A stretch of 63,975 bases of DNA, counting the filler, from Reticulomyxa filosa (taxonomy: Eukaryota > Protista > Foraminifera), in assembly GCA_000512085.1 (NCBI GenBank). It is 21 parts of 21 records of this genome, joined end to end, with 100 filler letters (N's around TTAATTAATTAA, not from the genome) between each part and the next. Parts side by side here need not be neighbours in the genome. Positions count along the whole stretch, not along the records: positions 49,539 to 55,616 come from ASPP01004377.1; positions 55,717 to 56,921 come from ASPP01037933.1; positions 57,022 to 58,496 come from ASPP01020741.1; positions 58,597 to 60,146 come from ASPP01016207.1; positions 60,247 to 62,412 come from ASPP01009055.1; positions 62,513 to 63,975 come from ASPP01021717.1; 15 more parts are not named here. One strand, written 5' to 3'. The notes below the pieces were generated by a model. The model was not told where the DNA came from, did no database searches, and worked only from the letters and a program-made list of their open reading frames with translations. The position numbers and the translations under genes are program-made. How positions within the stretch are numbered: position 1 is the first letter of the stretch; every line of letters begins with the position of its first letter. This document shows, one piece after another, positions 53,814 through 63,975 of the stretch.

Positions 53814-54519
53814 TATTACTTAAATTTACTTTCATTTTTTGTTGTAAACTATTTCTGAATTAACGGATAGCAAACTTTTAAGCTTTAATTTCTTTCATAC
53901 TTTTTTATTGAACATCTACAAAAAGTAAACGAATTTTTTTGTTTAAGAAAATCTTTCTACAACGAAAATAGACAGCGGTAATGCTTGTAATCCAAAATAA
54001 TCTCTTTACTAAGCAAATTTTCTGCAAATGGCTGACTTTCAATGTTATCTGAAACGTACTTTTCCTCGTTTATTAAAAAATGTGGTTATGATACAAGATG
54101 ACCTGAAAATAAAAATAAGTTTTGGTCTTTTGAAGAAAAAAACTGACAGACTCCCTTGGAAGGAAAATAATAAAAATGATACTCACTAACTGTAAGTGCT
54201 ATTTTTCCACTGAGAGCCATATCGACAAACATTAAATTTGGATTGTCGAAGAGTGAAGTCAAAACAAAGAAACAACAAACAGAAAATATAAGACATAGCC
54301 AGCACAAATGTACGATACGAACGTGATTTGTTTTTATGTTGGAGCTCGTTGTAAAATTTACATATTCATGAACTAAAATTACAACATAACGACTATTTGT
54401 TCTTTATGCATCCCTCCAAATTAATGTCTAACAAAAAAATAACAAAAATTGAAGATTGCCGCTCGCTAAACTCATTTTTTCCGAAAAAAAATGATCACAG
54501 TTTTTTTTTTTGCAGCGAC

Positions 54520-55020
54520 TCAGGTATTGCCAGGCTCTTCTCCAATGCTAGCTAAATTTGGTTCTTCTGATGCTCGACGGTTCTTTTCGAGTTGTCCAAA
54601 TGAGTCTGGGTCATAATTGGTGCCGCCTGGCGTTGTCACTTTTATATGATACGCTCTAGATGGAGCATGATTACTTTCTGTACTCTCACTTTGGCGAGAA
54701 TCATAGAATTTCAATGGCTGTACCGAAACTTTTGGAACTTGATTGGTCTCATTGCCCTTTTCTTGTTTATTGTTCTCACCTGTCTTTGTCTTTATTGGTG
54801 ATGGACTATTGCTCCGTCCACGACCCCCATTGTCTTCGGTGGTGAGGACAATAGCCTTGTTTATTTGCGATGCGTTAGCCCTCTCTTGGGGGTTGCTTTT
54901 ACCGCTTTTATTGGGCTGTTCTTGTTTCGTGGATGGAACAGTACCCGCCGATCCGCGTCGACGCCGATATAAAATATAACCAATAATGGCAATTATTGTA
55001 ATCACAAAAAAGCCTAATAC
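54520..55020 (-). CDS. Single-pass membrane protein, last exon
   Basis: TM VLGFFVITIIAIIGYILY followed by RRRR and a disordered tail. Confidence 0.6.
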   Translation of the reverse strand, partial: VLGFFVITIIAIIGYILYRRRRGSAGTVPSTKQEQPNKSGKSNPQERANASQINKAIVLTTEDNGGRGRSNSPSPIKTKTGENNKQEKGNETNQVPKVSVQPLKFYDSRQSESTESNHAPSRAYHIKVTTPGGTNYDPDSFGQLEKNRRASEEPNLASIGEEPGNT

Positions 55021-55716
55021 TCTTTGTGTTCATTTAAAGGTTTTTTTGTATAACAAAAATATTGTATAGTGCCGATATTTAACGGGGGAGGGAAAAATAT
55101 TTATTTGCACTTAACGCTATTAATATGATAATTGCTTCGTTGTCCATTTCATCTATTAAAAAAGGGAATATTTGTTGGAAAAACAAAACAGAGTAAAAAC
55201 AAAGATCCGAGAAATAAAAGTGAAAATATAGAACCCTCTACACATTATTTTCGGCGTGTAAAGGCTCACTATAAAAAACAACTTTATTCGTGTATCATTT
55301 CAACGATGAAACGTGATTATATATCTCTGAAATATCACACCTGTGTATCAATTGAGGATGTTTCAGCCCGACTATTCGATTTTCTTTCGTAAAGATCACG
55401 AGTTTTTGAATGCATTACCCCTCCTTTTTTAAACTACGCTTTTCTAGAGTTGGGCGGTTCGAGTACAACTATTTACTTATATTTTTGTATTTTAACATTA
55501 TTTGCTCTGACCTCAGCATTATTTTGAAACATATTCATACGATTAACTGGAGATGAATTTAATATTCTTGTAAATTGCAACAGAAAGGGCAAATGGTGAG
55601 TAAAAGTGGAAAAGTGNNNNNNNNNNNNNNNNNNNNNNNNNNNNNNNNNNNNNNNNNNNNTTAATTAATTAANNNNNNNNNNNNNNNNNNNNNNNNNNNN
55701 NNNNNNNNNNNNNNNN

Positions 55717-56460
55717 ATTATGGATTTGAGCATTGATTTCCGAATCACCGAAAGTGAAGTATTGGAAGGCAAAGTATACAGTGCTTTGGTGTTCATTAAC
55801 GCATGTTGCAGCACGAGTCTCTAGTTTGGATATAGTTTTGTTGCAATTGCTGCGCAGTTTGGAACATTTTCATGACCGAAAAGCTGCTCAAGCAATTGCC
55901 CGCATCGCAACATGCATCGCAAATCAATGGAACTCAGTTCCACGTTTGTAAGACAAGAATGCAAATACCACAGTCAAATCTCTTATCGCAGACAGTGTGG
56001 ACAATTTGGAAACAGCGCATGAAGGCCTGCGCACGTGGACATTAACTCAATGGAGCATTGGGTCATTGTCTGGACATCATATCCAAACATTATTGGAACT
56101 GCTCTTGTCATCACGAAGCGTCATTCCAAAGGAAGAGAAAGTTGTGGACGAAAAAGAGCAGAAAAAAATACCAGAAAACATTTTAGAGGCTTTCACAAAG
56201 TTTAGAGACGGCCCATCGAAGTGCACGATGATCACTTTAATGTACGAGCAAGCTTTGACATCTCGTACCTTGGCAATTAAGCCTGATCCTCACAATCGAT
56301 ACTTTGTGGATGATTTTGTTGCAGATATATGTGTAAGAGGATGAAAATGGTATTATGAATGCAAATTCAGTGGACAGTGCAGTTATGCTTGTGTCGGATT
56401 TATCAATCGTAATTACAATCAAATTTTTACTTGTCAAAGGCACTTTCCAATTATTTAAAA
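55717..56460 (+). pseudogene. SPRY-domain-containing pseudogene
   Basis: One frame with in-frame TAA (55949-55951) and TGA (56342-56344); the TGA lies within SPRY-like ADICVRG*KWYYECKF...ACVGF. Confidence 0.6.
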
Positions 56461-56786
56461 AAAACGTATAAATATATCTTATATACAAACATATAAATAT
56501 GTTGATTTCCTATTTGCGGTTCTAACAGTAATATTTGATAATAAAACTTGCTGCTTTATCGCCCATCGGAAAAATCGCATGATCAAATGAACAAGTTGTT
56601 TTTGAATGTGTTAAGTTAGTCAAAGATAACACAAATGTTGCAAGGGAGCCAAGCGAACCAAACGATCACGAGAGACTACACCCCCCGAAGGAGGACAACT
56701 ACAGTTAAACCGGCCACCAGGAAACGCACATTCATTCGCAAGATATCCATAAGTGAGTCAACATCAAAGAAATGTGCGAAAAGGTA

Positions 56787-56921
56787 CAGTAGGTTGCAAA
56801 GAAAACTGAACGACTAAAACGGTATCATATGATGATAATTGATTTTCTACATGAAAAATCAACATTTAGACCTAATTTTTTTTTTTAAAATATCTACAAA
56901 TTTTGTAGTTTTTAAATATGA
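56787..56921. mobile_element. MITE left TIR at a contig end
   Basis: TA|cagtaggttgcaaagaaaactgaacgactaaaac... is the reverse complement of 185-313. Confidence 0.85.
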
Positions 56922-57109
56922 NNNNNNNNNNNNNNNNNNNNNNNNNNNNNNNNNNNNNNNNNNNNTTAATTAATTAANNNNNNNNNNNNNNNNNNNNNNN
57001 NNNNNNNNNNNNNNNNNNNNNTATGTATATGTATACGTATATGTATGTATACACACATACATGTACATATATGTATATGTACATATATGTCTATGTGTGT
57101 GTGTGTGTG

Positions 57110-57760
57110 AATATATAACTTGTGTGGTTTGGTCACGGTACAACGCTTCAATCGAACGACTCGTAAACACAAATGATGCATATATACCGACCATTATCAC
57201 CAAGGCTGCTTGAATTCGGACTCCTAATGTTAATGATCGATTTGATGAAATTTTTTTTTTTTTTTTTTTTGGGAGGAGGGTTTGTCTTCATTTTGACCTA
57301 CTCTCTAATCTTTTTTTTTTTTTTTTTTGAATAAATAATTATATATATAAATGCTTTGCCCAAACGATGCTCATAGTGGCTTGATATCACACTGTCCAAT
57401 ATAAACTCCATTGTCGCGTAGCATATTGTCAACAGTCGGTAACGCACTTTTCGAACGTCTTCAATGTTCGACACGCAAAACTGCTCAATGGAAAACAGCC
57501 ACAGTATAAATATCGCACTGAGCCCTGCAAAATGCAAGCCCGGAGACACATCTGCTTTTTGCACATTGAGAGTCATCTTTGTTTTGTTTTAGCACCCTTG
57601 ATTTTTTTTTTTTTTTAACTGGTTTAACGCAAAGGCTGGTCGGCCGTGCCACTCCCGAGCAAAGGGATACTAGACTACTGAAGAAGCATATAATGGCACA
57701 TAATGGAAGAAGGCAATGCACTATGCAATCAGACGCTTATCTCTTATATGAGAACTTAAA
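57110..57760 (-). CDS. Multi-TM protein exons (7TM-like), fragment
   Basis: Successive hydrophobic exon blocks separated by A-rich introns. Confidence 0.45.
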
Positions 57761-58739
57761 GCAACTAAAAAAAAAAATAGTCCGAAAAATCGTGCTTTTA
57801 TTATGTTAAATTTATTCTCTAAAACTACTTGCAACAAATAAAAAAAAAAAGAAGGACAGACTAGACAAGCCAATTGTGAACCGGAAAAAAGGTTTGAAGA
57901 GAAACATAAAGTTCTGCTGATAAAAGCAAGATAGTTGCTTTTTGTTCACTGACTTGGATCGATTTTGTGATAAGTACGATGTTTTTTTTGATATATCTAT
58001 GTCTTTTGTTGGAATGATCAAAAAAAAAAAAAAAGCGAAAGAAAACCTTAAGCATAACCTCAAAAAAAAAACAAACAAAAAACCCCCGTCACAACGAAAT
58101 TATGTGTTCCTTCTGACCATCAAAAGGCGAAAGACAAACGATTGTATTGATTGTATCCAATGACCTCCCCTTATGGGTACTCCTTTTGTTTACGTGTAGT
58201 TTTTTTTTATCTATTATTTGTTTGATTGATCTGTCTTTGAAGAGGAATCAAGATAAGAGAGAGAGAGATTGGTGATGAGGGAGAAGAGGGGGAAGAATTA
58301 AAAAAAAAAATAAAGATCAAAATTTTAATTTTTTTTTTTGTTATATATGTATATGTTCTCCTTCTTACTCCTTTCCCCCTTCTCACGATCATTCCCTCGG
58401 CCTTTGCATCACAAAAACGCATCCAACACCTTTGACGAAAGAGATAATGCAGAATACAATATCCCAGTTATTATCATTACTTTTTTTTTTTTTTTTNNNN
58501 NNNNNNNNNNNNNNNNNNNNNNNNNNNNNNNNNNNNNNNNTTAATTAATTAANNNNNNNNNNNNNNNNNNNNNNNNNNNNNNNNNNNNNNNNNNNNTTAC
58601 TGACCCCCTTTTTTTTTTTTTTCTAAACACTATGATAACCTTTTTTAAAAAAAAAAATTTTTTGTTCCCCCTCCCCCCCTTTTTTTTTTACGTAAATAAT
58701 ACGGCTTTTGACACCCCTTTGAAAATGATATCACACAGT

Positions 58740-59766
58740 ATCCAAATTCGAATTTCAAGGGGGAGACCTCGAGGCCAATGGAGAAGAGCCCGAAGACCAA
58801 ACGGACCATGTGGAGGAAAAAGTAGAGGAGGTGGAAATACACACCGGCGAGGATAGTGATGAAAACTACTTTAGTTGCAATGTGAAGATTTTCGTGTTCA
58901 AAGTCGGCGAAAACAACAACAAAACGTGGAAAGAATATGTACGTGGGACATTGCGTGTCAATTACGTTCCTGAGTCCAACATTGGCAGACTAGTTTCGTC
59001 TTGCCGAAAAAAAAAAGATCCAAACTTTATCATATCGACTTTTATAATAATGAGTCATTGCAATTGTGAGAACAAAAGGAATAACGTTTTTTACTTTTAT
59101 TTTTGTTTATTATTATTATTATTATAGTGTTGTTTGCAAAAAAAAAAAAAAAAAAAAACGTTGTTATTCTCCTCTAAAGTTATGTCGACAAGCAGGAACG
59201 GGGATACTCCGAGTAAATTGTCCAATAACTACAAAGTCCGAATTTAAAACTGCTCAAGGAGATAGAATTACTTTTGGAATGCCCGAAGAAGAAGAAGAAG
59301 AGAAAAAATCTGCAAGTAAGACTGAACCGATTAAAACTGTAAACGCTAATACAACCACCCCATCCACCACTACTACAGAATCGACATCTGCCAAAACCGA
59401 AAATGATGTGTCTGCAAAAACGGACCATTCTGAATCTCCAAAGATAGCCACAACTGCTAGCAATCATTCCAATAAAATCCATCTCGTCACATATTGCATC
59501 AAAGTTCTGTTTTTTTTTAATATTCCGCTCTTTTCTGGGAAAATTTTTGAATTTTCTTAGTTTTCCCTTTTTTTCCCTTCACTGCCTGAATCTTCCGAAA
59601 TTTTATGAAAAACTTTTTACACCTCACATGTTTCATTTTTTTGTGCTTTTAATGACTCATAATCCAGGCAAGCGAAGACGATGTGAACAAAATAATAAAT
59701 GCAATCCAAGAAATCAAAGTCAAAATCGCTGAAAACTCTTCAAACGAGGAAAATACTAGTGCTTAG
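58740..59766 (+). CDS. Ran-binding domain (RanBD) protein, C-terminal fragment
   Basis: EEVEIHTGED.DEN.FS..KIFVF...WKEYVRGTLRVN...GRL|LCRQAGTGILRVN; TAG at 59764-59766. Confidence 0.8.
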
Positions 59767-60280
59767 AGACATGTGATGCAATTCAAAAACTATTTATTTA
59801 TTTGCCTTGTTTTTTTTTGATTTAAACAAGTTGTTTGACCAAATTATTTGTTCATTTTTCTTCTCGCCTATGTGCAAATGGATTTTCTTTGCTGTTCGGA
59901 GGCACACGACTTAAATTGACGTTTTTTTGGGAATACAACAAAAACTTAGTCTGCATAACAACAAAGGCTCAGGACAAAGAGAAAAGCTGATCCAGCAATT
60001 CAAAATACTTGTTTATAAAGTGTGAAACAGAAAAAACAAACTCCAGAGCAAAAAGTTTGCCAACAATTGTCACACCGTTTTAGTTTACACCAAAAAAAAA
60101 ACGTGCACAATTTCAACCCAAGAAACAAAATGACAACAAAAAAAAANNNNNNNNNNNNNNNNNNNNNNNNNNNNNNNNNNNNNNNNNNNNTTAATTAATT
60201 AANNNNNNNNNNNNNNNNNNNNNNNNNNNNNNNNNNNNNNNNNNNNCTTTTTTCTTTTTCCGTCTTCTTTTCATTTAGAA

Positions 60281-60316
<36 letters not shown>

Positions 60317-60327
60317 CAGATAAAGAA

Positions 60328-62352
60328 TTGAGACATGATAGCCGTGCAATACCAGAAATGTGCTGGCAATGTGAAGAGAAAAAAAAGAATAAAAGTTTGG
60401 AAAAATGGAAGCAGCACCTACAAGCACCTCATTCCCATCCTTGTGTATATGCGTGTCATTTAATGTTTGTGTCCCGTTCCTCTCTAACAAAACATATACG
60501 TACCAAGCACAAGAACGACAAACAGAAAAGATCCACAAAAATCAAAATCGAGACATCCCACGTAGTCGACAGACAAAACGGATGTGCAAAGCAAAACCCA
60601 AAGCCAATGGCCGAGCAAGTCCACGTGCAAGCACTGACACAGACATGTCCATCGCCGTCCGACAGCAACGTGTGGGAGATTATGTTTGGTGGCCAATTGC
60701 TGTGTCCGATCTGTTTGAAGAAACTGAACATTGAAGACGTCAGTCTGCGCACGCGATACCAAAATTACCTGCGCAGCAAACAACGTCATGACGACGACAG
60801 CGGTGAATGGTTGGACTATCGTTTTACAAATGACCCCATCATGTTGATCATCCAAGAGCTGGTGCTAAAATACCACGTATCCAGTTGCCATCCTGAGGTG
60901 CAAACCCATTGCAGCTCATATCCAATTCACGCAAATGATATTCTAGTTGCCACTATTCCCCCAATCACGGCCGCAAATACAAATACAAGTGTAAATGCAA
61001 TTGCGTACGGAGCTGCCACACGTCCAACATTGTGGGTCAATGCCAAACACACGATCGACTCAAAGCATGGTATAAATAACAAGAGTGAAAGAGAAGAGAT
61101 TGATGACGATGACGATGGTGATGACAATGATGATGACAATGGTGATGATGATAACGACGAAAGTGAGCCAAATCATAGCGACCCAGCAACGGCAACGGCA
61201 ACGGCAACAGCAACAGCAATAAAATCAGTGTCCCACTTGCTTGCAACTGAAACACACAAAGCTTGCAACGACAGTGACCAACGACGGGATAACAATACAC
61301 CAATGGCAGATCGGGTGGCCTCTTCATGTGAGCTGTCGAAACTAATAAACTTTGTAGTAACCACAACAGAGCGCTTTCACAAGAATGAGGAAAGTCATCA
61401 GGATATTCTCAATGGACTTCCCAAAGACGTGACCCGACTCTCGATGCTGGCTCGCGTGCTGCACGTGGCTTTGGACATAAGCAAAAAGTATTGTGAAGGC
61501 GTGGATCGCTTTGTGTCGGACCAAACGACAGACTGGATGAGAGTCGTCGAGGAAAACTCATTACTGCGACAGATCATGCTCGAACATTTCCCACAGCTCC
61601 AATGCAAACTGCAGCAACGTTTGGACCATTCTCGACCCCATCAATTGTATCGAAGTCGTTGTCGATCTGAACTTGTCCAAAAGTGCAATCGCCAACTGTC
61701 TGCCGAAGAACTCGATTTGCTCCATCACATTGCTTTGCGTTGTCATTTTCAAGAAGCTACCACACACATTCCGTCATCCACCACGGATAAGCTTCCTTTC
61801 AAAAATCAGTCCGATACAAGCAATCACGCCAATAGTGCTACGAATTATGTTGCTAATATCAACACTCTTAGAAATAATAACAACAACAGCTACGGTAACT
61901 TGCATCCCACTGGGGTCACGTATCATTCCACCAATCATTGGAAGGACTTGTTGTCTTCTTTCCCAACCTTATTACAGCCTGGACGTCTTTTGGATTCCAA
62001 TACATTGGTTACCAATTTGACTGATTCGTTGCATGTTCCGCTGCATGCTAGCAATAATAATACGAATAATAGCAATAATAATACCTGGTTTAATGTGACG
62101 CAAGAAAGAGACAAGCACCTGATCAGAGAAGGATTATCTGCTGATCACGCCCACATCGCCACAGCTTCAATACAAGTGATCAACAAATGCAAACAAGAAG
62201 ATGTTCCCAAGTTCAATGAACCGCGAGAAAACCCAATGGACCCCCACTGCGCAAAGGCATTTGTCGAACAAACTGCTCCGCAACAACACATTCAAAAAGA
62301 TGGCTGTCTCCCTTCTGAATCTGTCAATCATATTTGCGCAGTTTGTGACAAA
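60328..62352 (+). CDS. C2H2 zinc-finger protein, internal fragment
   Basis: HPCVYACHLMFVSRSSLTKHIRTKH, a further HICAVCDK before a donor site, and acidic and Asn-rich tracts. Confidence 0.75.
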
Positions 62353-62377
62353 GTTTTGTTTTTTTTTTCCCCCCTCC

Positions 62378-62412
<35 letters not shown>

Positions 62413-63744
62413 NNNNNNNNNNNNNNNNNNNNNNNNNNNNNNNNNNNNNNNNNNNNTTAATTAATTAANNNNNNNNNNNNNNNNNNNNNNNNNNNNNNNN
62501 NNNNNNNNNNNNAAAAAAAAAGAAGAAATTCAAAAAATACTCAATGTTTGATCTAACAAAATCATTCACTCCAAACACATATTATTTGATTGGATGTGCA
62601 ATGAAAGTTCGCTTCCAACAGTTTCGACGTCTCCTTTTTTGAAGTTGAACGATATTTGTTGGGCCATCAAATTGCACGAAAGGAAGAGATCTTGGCTTCA
62701 TTTGACCTTGTGCTTGAATGAGATGGGAAGTATCTACAACAATGACAGTACTGAATAACAACATGTGCAACAAACAGGTGTTACACACAGTACTCAGTAT
62801 CATAAATGACACTAACAAGCAACCTTACACGATGTTGAATATTTCAAGTAATACCTCTTTTTTTATGATATTACATTGAAAATAAATGTCTGTTTATTTT
62901 CTTTCTTCCTTTTTCGCATTTATCATTCTTCCCAATCTTTAAAGCCAAAAGGGAAAAACAATAAATAGATTTATAATTAATTTGTTTGCAATTTATTTAA
63001 CAATGCAAATTCTTATTATTGTGAACTTTCTCACAATATTTTTACTTTCTATTTTCACTAATCTTATAAGAATAATATACATAGTCTAAGTGAAAGTGTA
63101 AGAAAAAATACATCTGAAAAGACAGAAAGCAAAATAATAACATGAATATCCCACCAATGGAACATATGAATACTTATAATTATATTAGTTTTCATCTTTC
63201 TTGTCAACGAAAATCAGAAAATAATGATATGTTCAGTTAATTAATTGTAATATCTTTGAATAACTATAAATAAGATAGAGTCACTGAAATGTTTTCCATG
63301 ACACAATATACATTTATCACGAAAAAGCAAAAAATTTCATATTAAAGAAAGGGCAAACAGGAAATGCAATTGAAAAATAAAACACAAGAAACAAAAAAGA
63401 TGGATTCAATAGAATACGTAATAACCAAAATCATATGCAAAGATAAAACACTAGTTTTAAATCAAAAACAATATCATTTATTAGTTTATTGTTTTATTAC
63501 ACAGAAAAAAGTCAATTAAAAAATTTTTATTGGACAATTTTAAAATCAAATTAAGTTTATTCATGGATCAAACATTGCACTAGACAGTTTTGATTCCTAA
63601 GCCTTAGTTATTTTTTTTAGAAATACTTTTGAAAAAGAAAAAGAAATCTTCTTACAAATTCGAAATTCACACTGACCATCTTCCAAGTTTGATTTTTTAT
63701 TCTTAGTCACTGCAGTGAAGCCATTTAAAAAAAAAAAGGAAAAA

Positions 63745-63796
63745 AATTTGTTTTTCATATGCATTTTAGTATATCAGTTTTTTTTGAAATATACTG
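63745..63796. mobile_element. Degenerate MITE right TIR
   Basis: tttttcatatgcattttagtatatcagttttttttgaaatatactg|TA resembles 46405-46450. Confidence 0.55.
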
Positions 63797-63975
63797 TATT
63801 TAAAAACTTATCAAATAACTTAAAATGTATCCATTTATAACATAAGATATGAAAAGATTGCGCTAAATGTAATACGAAAGATTATTCTTATCTTAGCAAA
63901 TCTTTTTACAGAAATAAGAAATACTAAATTGAAGAAAAATCAATAGTTAACCTAAAGAAGACAAAAAATAAAAAT

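Noticed and set aside
7315-62512. Recurring TTAATTAATTAA motif between N runs, resembling a repeat array or telomere-like signal
   Set aside because: Invariant 100-bp six-frame-stop linker added when contigs were concatenated.
62513-62830. Hydrophobic minus-strand ORF 62582-62818
   Set aside because: Too short and degenerate to assign; possibly a pseudogene remnant.
1-63975. Genome-wide stop-codon reassignment such as UGA=Trp or UAA=Gln
   Set aside because: Conserved genes (ACLY, PGM2, SLC26) have uninterrupted exons with TGG for Trp, and TAA, TAG and TGA all terminate genes here.

Overview
This is not one locus. It is 21 short, AT-rich eukaryotic contigs joined by 20 artificial 100-bp linkers (N44-TTAATTAATTAA-N44), so adjacency across a linker carries no biological meaning. 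Genes are intron-rich (GT-AG), use the standard code, are mostly truncated at contig ends, and carry many 1-nt frameshifts in homopolymers. Sequence style and gene content suggest a foraminiferan/rhizarian protist such as Reticulomyxa filosa (inference from WD40 repeat style, a caspase-like gene and homopolymer-rich introns; not verified). Recognisable genes: SDR, RPAP3, DnaJ, class III cyclase, LRR protein, SLC45-like and Spinster-like MFS transporters, SAM methyltransferase, RhoGAP, TPM-TM-RING protein, caspase-like protease, WD40, eIF3g, COG6, Kir channel, SLC26/STAS, IBA57, SLC25 carrier, RNF213-like E3, PGM2, fused ATP-citrate lyase, RanBD protein and a C2H2 protein. Most interesting: (1) an RNF213/mysterin-like C-terminus with an intact RZ finger; (2) introns with U-rich 5' ends and A-rich 3' ends lacking a polypyrimidine tract; (3) a TA-flanked Tc1/mariner-type MITE family, one complete copy plus four more ends; (4) a signal peptide-TPM-TM-RING receptor-like ligase; (5) a caspase-like protease without the Asp-specificity arginines. 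All protein assignments come from reading motifs by eye.
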